NCBI GenBank assembly: GCA_016215105.1
Contig: JACRLJ010000056.1
Coordinates: 2,698 to 66,697, forward strand
Reading direction: 5' to 3'
DNA from: Candidatus Hydrogenedentota bacterium
GTDB lineage: Bacteria; Hydrogenedentota; Hydrogenedentia; Hydrogenedentales; SLHB01
DNA length: 64,000 nt
In this document: positions 32,295 to 42,399 of the stretch, piece by piece
Position numbering within the stretch: position 1 is the stretch's first letter
How the letters are laid out: every line of letters begins with the position of its first letter
Made by a program: the position numbers and the translations under genes
The notes under the pieces: generated by a model
Told to the model about the DNA's origin: nothing
The model's input: the letters and a program-made list of their open reading frames with translations, nothing else
Database searches by the model: none

Positions 32295-33659
32295 CTACTC
32301 GATTTCCTTCCACGCGCGAATATGAAACTCATCTTCAGTTCTGTCCAGGATAGCGCTCACGCACCGGTAAGACTTGGAGCCTTCCAAAGCTCCAAACGAG
32401 CGGGCCTCAAAAACGTCCGACCGCGCCGTGATCCGCATGCACAAGCCTTTGAAAAGTTCCGTGGTCATCCCGTTCACATCCAGCAGGTCCGCGACCGATT
32501 TGTAATGGTCCTTCATCCCGTCCCGTTCGGACACAATTCTGCGCGCGAGGCCTTCGTCAATACCTGGCAGACACGCCAGAACTTCTTCGGATGCGGTGTT
32601 GATATTGACCAGTCCGCGCGTCACATCCTCATCCGCAATTGTCACAAAGTCGGCGACACGTTTGAATGCTGCAGTGTCAAACGCCTTTACGCCCGTGCTC
32701 CGGGTGGTTTGATTCCCCTGGTTCTTACCGGGCGCTGCTTCACCTTTCTTGGAGCCTCCTCTTGATAGGTCTTCGCTAGCGTTCTGTTCCTTGTTTTTGT
32801 CTTCCTTGTCCGTCTCCGGTTTAGACTGCTTAGGACTGCCTTTCCGGGCCGGTTGCCCTTTCTGCTCGACCTTTTCCACTAATTCCACGTCCAGCAACTC
32901 GGCAATAGACCCAAACTTCTTTTTGTCGCGGTAGGCCACGATTGAGTCAGCCTGTTGCTGGTTGATGTCCTTAATCGCTTTGGTGATCTCGTCTGCGCCG
33001 GCCTTGTTCAGTTTGATTCGCGCTTTGTTGTCGAGCGATACCTCGTGGATCGCCGACCAAACCGTGAGATACGCCGACAGCCCAGAGTCCAAGTGACCGT
33101 CTGCGTTGTCGGAAGGCCAACTCCGGTCCCCGTCGTCCTCGTTCGGATCAAGGATGCCGTTGCGGTTTTGGTCCTCGCCGTACAACGTGAATAGCGTGAC
33201 ATTCTCCAGCTTGAGAAGATCGCCCAAATCCTGTATGGGCTCGTGCTGCCGGAGCGCGGCAATGTCCGCCGCCAACGATTCGCTCAATCCGGGTATCTTG
33301 GCCAGGACCGCCGGGTCAGTCGTGCTGACATTGATTTTGGCGCATTCATCGCGCAGGCCATACCGGTGTTGCCCGTCGACGTCCATTCCGGCGTACAGGG
33401 TGTAGGTCCCGTCACCGACGGGCACGTCCCGGTAGTCCGCTTCATCTATCTCTCGTTGTTCAAGAGGCATCGTGATCGCGTTCTTCTCCAACACCATGTC
33501 GGCTATGGCCCGTTCCACTCCGGCCCGCGCGTAAAACAGCGTCTTCGTCTCCTGGCCCAGGGCCGCCGTTACTTGCATGTGCAGATGCGACGCAAACTTC
33601 ATCTCCATGGCCACGACACACAGAATCGTCATCAGCCACAGCACGAACAGCAGCGCCAT
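32295..33659 (-). CDS. gspK: T2SS minor pseudopilin GspK
   Basis: Hydrophobic N-terminus MALLFVLWLMTILCVVAM. Helix-hairpin-helix motifs (INVNTASEEVLACLPGIDEGLARRI) characteristic of GspK. Start chosen to avoid overlap with the upstream gene. Confidence 0.65.
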   Translation of the reverse strand: MALLFVLWLMTILCVVAMEMKFASHLHMQVTAALGQETKTLFYARAGVERAIADMVLEKNAITMPLEQREIDEADYRDVPVGDGTYTLYAGMDVDGQHRYGLRDECAKINVSTTDPAVLAKIPGLSESLAADIAALRQHEPIQDLGDLLKLENVTLFTLYGEDQNRNGILDPNEDDGDRSWPSDNADGHLDSGLSAYLTVWSAIHEVSLDNKARIKLNKAGADEITKAIKDINQQQADSIVAYRDKKKFGSIAELLDVELVEKVEQKGQPARKGSPKQSKPETDKEDKNKEQNASEDLSRGGSKKGEAAPGKNQGNQTTRSTGVKAFDTAAFKRVADFVTIADEDVTRGLVNINTASEEVLACLPGIDEGLARRIVSERDGMKDHYKSVADLLDVNGMTTELFKGLCMRITARSDVFEARSFGALEGSKSYRCVSAILDRTEDEFHIRAWKEIE

Positions 33660-33678
33660 GCCGTGACACGACTGCCGC

Positions 33679-34293
33679 TTAGCGCGCCATAATGGGGACG
33701 GTTGTTGAAAAGATCTGTGGGTTTTCGATCTCATCTTCGTCTTCTACTACGAGCTGTATCCACACCGCAGCGGGAAAGGTCTTGGGTTCGTCCCAGCCGT
33801 CCTTCCACTCGACTCCGTCATAGAACTGCAGGTCCAACTCCGACACGAAAGGACCGGCTAACGTCACTGCGCCGCCTTCGACCGGGTCATCATCCAGTGT
33901 GTTGTCTTCCCGCCGTAGCAGCCACTTGGCGTCCGTGGCAGGATCGTTGTCTATGTAATATCCAACTTCACTCAACTCCCCGGACGGCTCCTCGTGCTGC
34001 TCGACGTGAGGCGGTCCCGCAACGATAAAATCAATCGTATCCGAGTTCTTCCCGTCCGATTGCGCATCGAGCGCAACCATGCGGTAATCGCCTCGCGCCA
34101 CGGCGGCCCGCAGGTCGGCCGCCATCGACTCGAGCGCCAGCTGCCCATGCTCGACCATCGCATCGTAGCGCTTCACCTTGGCCGCTGCGCGCGTGCCCGC
34201 CGTCAATGCCGCAAGGCCACCGGCGACCAAGAGCGCCAGCATCGAAGTCGCGATAAGCAATTCCACCAACGTAAATCCCTTTTGTCCGCGCAT
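33679..34293 (-). CDS. prepilin-type pseudopilin (GspJ-like by position)
   Basis: N-terminal prepilin methylation motif GFTLVELLIA. Confidence 0.6.
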   Translation of the reverse strand: MRGQKGFTLVELLIATSMLALLVAGGLAALTAGTRAAAKVKRYDAMVEHGQLALESMAADLRAAVARGDYRMVALDAQSDGKNSDTIDFIVAGPPHVEQHEEPSGELSEVGYYIDNDPATDAKWLLRREDNTLDDDPVEGGAVTLAGPFVSELDLQFYDGVEWKDGWDEPKTFPAAVWIQLVVEDEDEIENPQIFSTTVPIMAR

Positions 34294-34295
34294 GG

Positions 34296-34673
34296 CTACA
34301 TCCGATCCGCAGCCAGCGTCGTGAGTTCGTACTCCTTCGTCTTGCCCCGTTCCGTCCAGCTTACTACTACGCGAAGTTGATATAGTCCCTCTTGGTCGGT
34401 CTCTTCTGCGTCGTACGACCAGGAATGCGAAGGGTAGTTGTCGCCAAAACCGCCGCTATCGGTGGTGTCGGTGAAACCGCCGTCCGCGATTTCTTCTTCG
34501 AGAAGCTCTTGCGCGAGAAATACCGCCTGGGTGTAGCCAAGCGACACCGAAGATGAGCGCAGGCATGCGGCGAATAACTCGAGTACGGCAACAACGCCCA
34601 CGCTGAAGATAGCCACGGCCAGCACCAATTCCAGGAGCGAGTATCCCGCCCGATACTGCCGGCTAGAGTCCAC
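34296..34673 (-). CDS. prepilin-type pseudopilin (GspI-like by position)
   Basis: N-terminal GYSLLELVLAVAIF prepilin motif. 125 aa. Confidence 0.6.
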   Translation of the reverse strand: MDSSRQYRAGYSLLELVLAVAIFSVGVVAVLELFAACLRSSSVSLGYTQAVFLAQELLEEEIADGGFTDTTDSGGFGDNYPSHSWSYDAEETDQEGLYQLRVVVSWTERGKTKEYELTTLAADRM

Positions 34674-35235
34674 GGCCGGCCTCGTATTGAGTTCGTAGCT
34701 CTCCTGTTACTCCAAAGACCTCTATATCCAACGTCTCGCCTGAAGAATTGGACAGCCGAATGACGACGTCCTCGGCGCCGCCGTTCGCCCGGAAGGTCAC
34801 GATGTCCCATGGCATGCCGCCAGAAACGCTGTAATTCGATTCTGCGCTGCAGTCGACACTCAACGTTGTGCCTTTCGGCAATTCCAGAGACGCCAACGAT
34901 TTCGGAGGACTTGATTGTCCGTCTTCCGTTTCCCGCCAGGGCAAGGTCCCGCCGTAAGCGGTTACCCAGCATCGTCCACCCGCGGAGTCCAGGTTCAACA
35001 TGACCATTCGATGCCGTGTTACGGCGTATGACGACGAGAACTTAATCAAATCGGATAGCTTGCGGCCGGTATCATCAATCCCGGTCCTGCGCATCGCGGA
35101 CGCCACGGCGGGCACGATGAGGGTAGTCAGCAGCGCCATGAGCATCAGCGTGACCATCAGCTCGATCAACGTGAAGCCATCGGCGCAGCAGCGCGGCCGG
35201 CTCGTACTACCTGCTATGTGATTATTACCTGCCAC
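34663..35235 (-). CDS. prepilin-type pseudopilin (GspH-like by position)
   Basis: GFTLIELMVTLMLMALL prepilin motif after a short leader. Confidence 0.55.
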   Translation of the reverse strand: MAGNNHIAGSTSRPRCCADGFTLIELMVTLMLMALLTTLIVPAVASAMRRTGIDDTGRKLSDLIKFSSSYAVTRHRMVMLNLDSAGGRCWVTAYGGTLPWRETEDGQSSPPKSLASLELPKGTTLSVDCSAESNYSVSGGMPWDIVTFRANGGAEDVVIRLSNSSGETLDIEVFGVTGELRTQYEAGRGL

Positions 35236-35677
35236 TGTCGGAGGTGTCCCAACTTACAATATCCGCGTCCACGCCTTCGCCACCTTCTTGCTTGTCTCGC
35301 CCATACGAGCACACTTCATATGGCGCGGAGGAGTGTGTTCCCGGGCAGTCGTATACATACGGTATTCCCCACGGGTCGGCGGGTATCTTCTTCTTCGAGT
35401 ACGGCCCCTTCCACTTAGCGCTGTCACCCTCGGGCGCGGTGAAAAGCGCGTTCAGCCCCTCCTCGGTCGTCGGGTAGCGTCCCATATCGAGATAGAACTG
35501 GTCCAGCAGGCTTTCAATCATGGCGATGTCCGTCTTTGCTACGCCCTGTTTTGCGGTGTCGGATTTGCCGACCACATTCGGCAAGATCGCCGCCGCCAGC
35601 AACGCCAGGATCGCCAAGACAACCATCAATTCGATCAGTGTGAATCCTTCTTTACCGCGGTTGGACCGGCTGGCCAT
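35225..35677 (-). CDS. gspG: T2SS major pseudopilin GspG
   Basis: MASRSNRGKEGFTLIELMVVLAILALLAA prepilin N-terminus. ~150 aa with the conserved GspG C-terminal region. The longer ORF upstream is a spurious overlap with gspF. Confidence 0.8.
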   Translation of the reverse strand: MASRSNRGKEGFTLIELMVVLAILALLAAAILPNVVGKSDTAKQGVAKTDIAMIESLLDQFYLDMGRYPTTEEGLNALFTAPEGDSAKWKGPYSKKKIPADPWGIPYVYDCPGTHSSAPYEVCSYGRDKQEGGEGVDADIVSWDTSDSGR

Positions 35678-35688
35678 CAGAAAAGCTC

Positions 35689-36924
35689 CTATTTCAGCAC
35701 CGTACTCAATTGGAAGATGGGTAACAGCATCGCAATGATGATGAACCCGACTACGCTTGCCACAACCAGAATCAGGGCCGGCGCCAGCATGGACGTCATT
35801 ACTTTGGTCGCGGCCGTGGTTTCCCGGTCGAACGCATCCGCAACGCGCAACAACATGTGGTCCAATTGGCCGGATTCCTCGCCCACAGCCACCATTTGCA
35901 CAGAAAGCGGGGGAAAGATCGGTGATTGCCGCATCAATGAAGCCAACGATTCGCCCGAACGGATGCGCGACGAAATGTCCGACACCGCCTTGGCCACGGC
36001 CCGGTTCCCCAAGACTGGCTCGACGATAGTCAAAGCCTCGACGATTGAAACGCCGCCGCGCGTTAGCGTCCCCATCAGCCGCGTGAGCCGCGCCACGGAC
36101 AGCGTGCTGATGAACGTCCCAACCCACGGAATGCGAAGTGACAACTGATCCAAAACGAGCCGGGCCTCGGGATTGCGAAGCACCCATCGTACTCCGAGCG
36201 CCGCCGCCACGACGGCTGCGGCGAGAAACCACCCATAGGCCGCCACAAAGTCGGACAGACCCAGCAGAATTCGGGTAGGCCACGGCAGGCTTTGGCCAAC
36301 GTCCTCAAAGATGATCTTTAGCCTTGGGATGAAGAAGACAATTAACACGATCGCCGATACCACCCCGGCAGCAAGAACCAGTGCGGGATACGCCACCGCC
36401 GCGCGCACTTCCCCCTTGAGCGACTCTTCTTTTTCGAACAGGTCCGACAGCTCCTCCAGGACCGCGTCCAGGGCGCCACCCTGCTCGCCGACCCGCACCA
36501 TACTTGTCATGATGGGCGGAAAGGTTTCCGGATACCGCTCCATCGCGTCGGCAAGAGTGCTTCCGCTTTGCACCGATTCGCAGACCGCAGTCAGCAAGTC
36601 CTTGGCGCGCTGCTCTTGCGCTTGCTCGATCAGGACATTCAGGCCTTTCACCATCGGAACGCCCGACGCGGACAACGTCGCCAACTGCCGGGTGAACGGC
36701 GCAAGGCGGATCAGACGCCGGCGCCACTGAAAGCCCGGTGTACGGCGCGTTTCCGAGGGCGCCTGTTCACGCAAATCGAGGGGGTGCTGCCCCCGGCTCA
36801 AGATTTGCTGGAGCGCTTCCTGACGGCTTGCCGCGGCGACGGTTCCTTTGACCTCGATGGCGCCTTCGGCCAATCCTTTGTACCAAAATGTTGGCAATCC
36901 CGCTACCCCGTTGCCTCCTGCCAT
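35689..36924 (-). CDS. gspF: T2SS inner-membrane platform protein GspF
   Basis: Two GspF-family repeats with 3 TM segments. 411 aa. Confidence 0.85.
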   Translation of the reverse strand: MAGGNGVAGLPTFWYKGLAEGAIEVKGTVAAASRQEALQQILSRGQHPLDLREQAPSETRRTPGFQWRRRLIRLAPFTRQLATLSASGVPMVKGLNVLIEQAQEQRAKDLLTAVCESVQSGSTLADAMERYPETFPPIMTSMVRVGEQGGALDAVLEELSDLFEKEESLKGEVRAAVAYPALVLAAGVVSAIVLIVFFIPRLKIIFEDVGQSLPWPTRILLGLSDFVAAYGWFLAAAVVAAALGVRWVLRNPEARLVLDQLSLRIPWVGTFISTLSVARLTRLMGTLTRGGVSIVEALTIVEPVLGNRAVAKAVSDISSRIRSGESLASLMRQSPIFPPLSVQMVAVGEESGQLDHMLLRVADAFDRETTAATKVMTSMLAPALILVVASVVGFIIIAMLLPIFQLSTVLK

Positions 36925-37014
36925 GGCGGAAGGCTGTCGGAACCCTTGAGCACACCTGACCTTCCCAGGCGTCTGCCTTGTGACCCGGCGTCAGCGCGGT
37001 CTTGAAGGCCGCGA

Positions 37015-38620
37015 CTACTCCAAACTATCCAGGTTTTCCTCGAGTTGCGTGGCGCGAATGACCTCTTCCGGCGTGCTGACGCCTTCCGCGACTTTCTTCC
37101 ATCCGGCCTGGCGCATCGTCTGCATCTTGGACAGGACCTGCCGCTTCATCACCGACGGCGCGGCTCGCTGCAGGATCAAGTCGCGCAGGTTCTCGTCCAT
37201 AAGCATAAGTTCAAGTATCGCCGTCCGGCCTCGGTAGCCCGTATGGTTGCATTCCGTGCAGCCACGTCCGCGATACAACGTTATCGGTACACCGGCGCCG
37301 AGTTCCTGCCGAATCTGCGCCGTGACCGCCTCTGTCGGAGTCTCCGGTTCCCGGCATGCCGGACATACCTTGCGGATCAACCGCTGCGCCAGCACGCCTC
37401 GCACGGCGCTGGCAATCAAGTACGGCTGAATGCCCATGTCTATCAAGCGGGTTATCGACTCCGGAGCATCATTGGTGTGCAACGAACTCAGTACTAAATG
37501 GCCCGTTAGCGCCGAACGGATCGCTATTTCGGCCGTCTCGCTGTCCCGGATTTCCCCGACCATAATAACGTCCGGATCCTGGCGTACGATGGCGCGCAGG
37601 CCGTTGGCAAACGTCAAACCGCGCTTGGGCCTTACGGGAATCTGGTTGACCCCCTCCAACTGGTACTCGACGGGGTCTTCAATCGTGATAAGTTTGCGCT
37701 CAGATGAGTAAATCGAGGTCAAGGAGGCATAGAGCATCGTGGTCTTGCCGGATCCGGTTGGGCCGCATACCAGAACTATCCCGTGCGGGTTCTTTAGAAG
37801 GCGCTGGTATCGCTTGAGGGTTCCCTCTTCAAATCCCAAGTTATCCAGTCCGAATAGAAACGATGTCTTATCGAGCAAGCGCATAACGACACATTCGCCG
37901 AACAAGGTGGGGATGGTGGCCACGCGCACGTCTACTTCTCGGCCCTCAAAGTCCAGCTCAAAATGGCCATCTTGAGGTACGTAGCGCTCCGCAATATTCA
38001 TGTCCGCCAGGATCTTGATGCGGGAAACGATGGCGTCATGCAGGTGTTTTGGTGGCGACGGCATTTCGTTCAGGATACCGTCAATGCGGTACTTGACCTT
38101 GAGGATGGTGTCGAACGGCTCGATATGAATGTCACTCGCCCGGTCGCGGATGGCCCGCGCAATCACCAGGTTGACGAGATTGACGACGGTCGGTTCGCTG
38201 GCAATTTCCTTGAGATGGCCGATTTGGACCTTGTCCGTGGCTTCTTCGTGTTCGGGCGTCTCGAGATGCTTAATCATCCGTTCCACGGAAAATCCGTAGA
38301 ACTTCTGCATCGCGGCGGCCATATCCGCCTCGCGACAGATTACCCGTTCAATCTCGTTTCCTGTAAGAATGCGGATGTGGTCGGCGGTTTGGAAATCGAG
38401 CGGGTTTTCCATGGCCAGGACGATCCGCCCGTCGACCTGCGATACAGGAATGACCCGCGCCTAGGTGAATGAATCGAATCCCCAGCGTATTGGCCAGCGC
38501 TTGGAGTGCGCTGTCCTCATCGGGCCACCCCAGATCCATCACGCACTTGGCCAGGCCGTCACCGGTGCGGCGGAAGCGGTCCAGCGCCTGGTGAAGCACG
38601 TTATCGGGAAGTTTTTCCAA
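37015..38620 (-). CDS. gspE: T2SS ATPase GspE, apparently frameshifted in the N-terminal domain
   Basis: Walker A GPTGSGKT, Asp/His boxes and tetra-Cys zinc motif in ORF 37015-38412. The N1 domain continues in another frame (ORF 38348-38620, MEKLPDNVLHQALDRFRRTGDGLAK...IRFIHL). A 1-nt shift near 38440-38465 joins them. Confidence 0.7.
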
Positions 38621-39050
38621 AGACCGTCACCCCTCAGTGTGGAATAGGCCCCAACCCATGGCTCGCGTCTCCCAGTATGCTGCATCGAACGGACCGGGTC
38701 AAACTTCACCCCAAAACCATTACAGAAAGTATGATATCAATGCTTCGTTCAAGAGCCGAATCGATGCAATCCTGGTCGATCTGCGCACTATTCGCAGAGG
38801 ACTCGTCCAATGCGCAGCATTTGGTGCGTCATTGCCGAGACACGCCTCTCTCCGTCAAGGCGAATCGAATACCCCACGTTTCAAGCAACGCAGAGTCTTC
38901 CATCCAAGATGACGCCACACCCCGCCAATAGGTGACAAATATTATCCCCGAAGCCTCCTTTCTGTTCCCTCGTTACATGACTCTGTCCCACGAAATCGAT
39001 CACAATTCGTCTTCGACAGCCAATTCCGAATTCTGTTGGATAGGGCCGTC

Positions 39051-40193
39051 TCACACGCTTGCGCGGGGCGGAATCTCGACTTGGCGTTGCTTGCGATGCG
39101 CGATGTACGCGTATTCCATGAGTTCCGTCAATTGCGTGGCTTCCTCGATCCCAAACGGAATTGTCCCATTGCGCAGTATCGCGTCCACCCACATCTGAAT
39201 GGCGGCGGGCGGCGCCGCGGGTAGTTCCGGAGGCGTGACCCAACCCTTGGATTCAAGCTTGGTAGACTGAATGGTAACGTGCCTATCTTCCGGACCGCCT
39301 ACCACTAGACTGCCTTCGGTGCCCGAAAGCTCGAGTGTGAAGGGGCTGTTTGTCGAAACGAAGCTGGTTTCCGAAACGGCGATGGATTTGTTTTCAAATT
39401 CGATCACCGACACCGCGTTGTCTTCGATCTCGTGGCCGGTCATTGAGGTGAACGTGGACGATATCCGTTTCGGTTGACCGCAAAACCAACGCGACAGGTA
39501 CATCGGATGCGCGCCGAGGTCCATCATCGCGCCGCCACCGCAGGTTTTCGGATCATAGAAATGTGCCGGCAGCCACGCGGCGCTCGCCCCGTTATGCGCA
39601 ACGCGTACCCGCAGTGACGTGAGTTGACCGAGCAGGCCGTCCTGAACCGCCTTGTGCGCATACAGACAGTCCGGGCGAGTGCGATAGGGAAACGAAATGC
39701 AGAACTTTACGTTCGCGGCGCGCACCGCCTTGCCGATGCGGTTGCAGTCTTTCACCGTGAGCGCCAGCACTTTCTCCGTGAAGATGTGTTTTCCCGCCTT
39801 GGCGGCGCCAATCATGATCTCCGGGTGCATGCTCGTCGGGGCCGTGACGCAGATCGCGTCCACGTCCTTACGCGCCAATACGGCGTCAAGGTTGCCCTCG
39901 AACGGAGCTTCCAGTTCCTTTGCCCACTCCTGGCCCCGCGCCGCGTCTTCGTCCCACACGGCGCTGATCTTCACGTCGGGCATTTTCTTCAACGACTGCG
40001 CGTAGCCCTTCGCATGAGGATGCCACTTGCTCAACACGGCCACATTCAACATCGTCTTCGCTCCTTGTGCTTGTTGCGCTACGCTGACGCCATTGGGTTC
40101 TCCGGCCTGGGGAATTACCGCGCCCGCCGCCGCTACGGCCGCGGCCATGCCGGTCTGCGCCAAGAAATCCCTTCTATTCACTTTCATTGACAT
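39051..40193 (-). CDS. Tat-exported Gfo/Idh/MocA-family oxidoreductase
   Basis: Twin-arginine signal NRRDFLAQTGMAAAVAAAGA. Gfo/Idh/MocA NAD-binding N-domain. Confidence 0.75.
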   Translation of the reverse strand: MSMKVNRRDFLAQTGMAAAVAAAGAVIPQAGEPNGVSVAQQAQGAKTMLNVAVLSKWHPHAKGYAQSLKKMPDVKISAVWDEDAARGQEWAKELEAPFEGNLDAVLARKDVDAICVTAPTSMHPEIMIGAAKAGKHIFTEKVLALTVKDCNRIGKAVRAANVKFCISFPYRTRPDCLYAHKAVQDGLLGQLTSLRVRVAHNGASAAWLPAHFYDPKTCGGGAMMDLGAHPMYLSRWFCGQPKRISSTFTSMTGHEIEDNAVSVIEFENKSIAVSETSFVSTNSPFTLELSGTEGSLVVGGPEDRHVTIQSTKLESKGWVTPPELPAAPPAAIQMWVDAILRNGTIPFGIEEATQLTELMEYAYIAHRKQRQVEIPPRASV

Positions 40194-40458
40194 GGGGCGC
40201 TCCTCTTCAAATAGCTTGTCATCATTCCCAGTTTGACACGCAGTATGGTGTTCCCAAGGCGCCGTCCACCAGAAGTGCAATTCGCAAAGCACGGATTATG
40301 CCCCCGGCGCATGCGGGCGCGCAAACAACGAAATGCGCCGTTCCCGCAACCATGGACGACCCCACGGCGCAAACGCCCTGATTCGTTGGCTTGACTCGCG
40401 GGCCGGGCTTCCGTATACTAAAACCACTTCGGAGACGGCGTCTCCGCAGGCCCTTGAT

Positions 40459-40535
40459 GGGGATGTAGCTCAGTTTGGGAGAGCGCTTGTCTGGCAGACA
40501 AGAGGTCGACGGTTCGATCCCGTTCATCTCCACCA
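40459..40535 (+). tRNA. tRNA-Ala (anticodon GGC)
   Basis: Cloverleaf with GGGGATG/CATCTCC acceptor stem including the G3:U70 Ala identity pair. Anticodon loop CTGGCAG. T-arm GGTTCGATCC. 3' CCA encoded. Confidence 0.9.
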
Positions 40536-40644
40536 ATTTATAACCCCCTCCAAGCATTCAAGTTGTGTGCATCCGACTTGGCTCCAAGTCCGTGGACACT
40601 CGGCTCGCTCCGCAATCTCATTCCTGCTGTGCCGCGACCTGCTG

Positions 40645-40672
40645 TTGAACCTTTTGCGCGATTCCTGTGTCT
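40645..40672 (+). promoter_or_regulatory. candidate ECF-type promoter (GAACC-N17-GTCT) upstream of ECF sigma gene
   Basis: tGAACC tttt...cctgt GTCT ~30 nt upstream of the ATG at 40702. ECF sigma genes are commonly autoregulated. Confidence 0.3.
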
Positions 40673-40701
40673 GCAATAATGAGACACCGGGAGCGCATTG
40701 C

Positions 40702-41352
40702 ATGATTTCACGGGCAGATCGAATACGAAGCGCGCTGCTGGCACTTCGCTTTCGGCGGGGTGACCGGGCGGCGTTCGAGGATTTGGCCGCGGTGTGGGAG
40801 AAACCCCTTTTCTACTATATTCGGCGGCTGACCCGCAGCGAAGAAGACGCTTGGGACGTGTCGCAGAATCTCTGGGTCTGTGTGTTCCGCAAACTTGGTC
40901 AGTTGCGCGATCCGGATAGTCTGGCGCCGTGGTTGTACCGGATCGCGCGCAACACCGCATTCAATCACTTTCACGCCAACCCCGATTGGGATGCCCTATC
41001 CGGCGTCGACGTTGATGCCATCGAGGACGAGCGGACGCCCTCTGCAAAATTCTCGTCTGCCGACGCCGAAGCCATTCACCATGCGTTGGACCAGCTTCCG
41101 GTTCCACAGCGGGAGGCGCTTACGCTCTTCTTCCTCGAAGAATTCACGCTTCAAGAAATCAGCGCTATTACTGGAGCGGCGGTCGGCACAGTGAAGTCCC
41201 GGCTGTACTACGGCAAACGCGCGCTTCGGGAGATTATCCAAAGGGAGGCGAGCCACAACCGGGAAGACTTCGGTATTGCTTCTTTGCCGGCAACGTCTAC
41301 GCCTCACTCAAAAGACGCCGGCAAAGAAGCTAAAGGAGGGGACTTACCATGA
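40702..41352 (+). CDS. ECF-subfamily RNA polymerase sigma-70 factor
   Basis: Sigma70 region 2 (WLYRIARNTAFNHF) and region 4 (LPVPQREALTLFFLEEFTLQEISAITGAAVGTVKSRL). The upstream part of ORF 40333-41352 overlaps the tRNA and is not coding. Confidence 0.8.
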   Translation: MISRADRIRSALLALRFRRGDRAAFEDLAAVWEKPLFYYIRRLTRSEEDAWDVSQNLWVCVFRKLGQLRDPDSLAPWLYRIARNTAFNHFHANPDWDALSGVDVDAIEDERTPSAKFSSADAEAIHHALDQLPVPQREALTLFFLEEFTLQEISAITGAAVGTVKSRLYYGKRALREIIQREASHNREDFGIASLPATSTPHSKDAGKEAKGGDLP

Positions 41353-41921
41353 ATGACCAGCCGCTCCGTGAACGCCTGTTCGAGCAGGAAACCCGTTCCC
41401 CCGCTCTCGAGGAAAAATTCAGAAAGGAACTACGCGCCATGACGGAACGCAAATTGAAGCCTTTTGAAAGAGTAGTATGGTCCTTCGCGACCGCGCTCGG
41501 CTTATTCTTTGTCGTCTTTTTTGGTTATATCGCGATTACGGCCCCACACGGGTTTCCGCTGCTCGCGCGCCTCGGGTTTGTGGCGGGTTCCGTATTCGGC
41601 GCCGCGTGGGCCGGGCTAAGCATTTGGACTCTTCGGCAGGGTTCAATCAATTGGCTGCGTCACGAAAACGCCGTGCACGGCATCACCTTCGGATTCGTTC
41701 TAATACTCCTCATCCTGTTCCAGATGTTGGGAGGTCAAATGGAAAACAAGACTGGCGCAATTCTCATGGTCTTGAATGGCGCTGTGGCCTTCATGGTCTT
41801 TGGAATACCTGCCCTATTCAACCTCCGCATCAATCGCACCGAAGCTGTGCTGCGCGAACACCTTCTCAAAGTCGAGTTGGAATTGGCGGAACTGGCCGAT
41901 ACAATGCGCAAACTTAAGTAG
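41349..41921 (+). CDS. membrane protein, putative anti-sigma factor (4 TM)
   Basis: ATGA overlap with the sigma-factor stop. Four hydrophobic helices. No conserved domain. Confidence 0.4.
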   Translation: MNDQPLRERLFEQETRSPALEEKFRKELRAMTERKLKPFERVVWSFATALGLFFVVFFGYIAITAPHGFPLLARLGFVAGSVFGAAWAGLSIWTLRQGSINWLRHENAVHGITFGFVLILLILFQMLGGQMENKTGAILMVLNGAVAFMVFGIPALFNLRINRTEAVLREHLLKVELELAELADTMRKLK

Positions 41922-42003
41922 ACGCGGGGAAGTCGGACGCGTTGGACAAGCCGGACGGATCAATTGAGATGGCTCGGGCCGAAGGCGCCCAAGGGAAACT
42001 ACA

Positions 42004-42399
42004 ATGGACATGATGTGGTCTTTGCTCGCGATCGGTTTCGCCGCTGGAATCGCCGGCGGGTTATTTGGGATCGGCGGCGGCGCCATCATGGTCCCCGCCA
42101 TGGTCCTGCTACTCGGCATGAGCCAAAAACTCTCCACTGGCACTTCGCTGATCGCTCAAATCTTCCCCATCGGCGTTCTCGCCGCCATTGTGTACTATCG
42201 CGAAGGCAATGTGAACATTAAGCAGGGTGTTATCCTCGCGGCTGGCCTCATTATTGGCAATCTGCTCGGAGCCTTGTTTGCCAACCAGCCCTATATCAGC
42301 GATCAATTCATGAAGAAGCTCTATGGCGTCTTTCTCTTCGTGATCGGCGCCCGGTACTTATTCTGGGACGTCATTGCCGGGATGTTCCAAAAACAGTGA
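42004..42399 (+). CDS. TSUP/TauE-SafE-family (DUF81) membrane protein, half-size
   Basis: Gly-rich TM helices (GIAGGLFGIGGGAIMVPAMVLLLG) typical of DUF81. Confidence 0.55.
   Translation: MDMMWSLLAIGFAAGIAGGLFGIGGGAIMVPAMVLLLGMSQKLSTGTSLIAQIFPIGVLAAIVYYREGNVNIKQGVILAAGLIIGNLLGALFANQPYISDQFMKKLYGVFLFVIGARYLFWDVIAGMFQKQ

Noticed and set aside
35678-36283. N-terminal 200 aa of the long ORF 35225-36283
   Set aside because: Same strand as gspF but in a different frame and without domain signal. Only the last 150 aa (GspG pseudopilin, start 35677) are real.
40333-40701. 5' part of ORF 40333-41352 overlapping the tRNA-Ala gene
   Set aside because: Overlaps a well-formed tRNA. The sigma-factor homology begins only at the internal Met (40702). 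The upstream extension is a spurious read-through frame.
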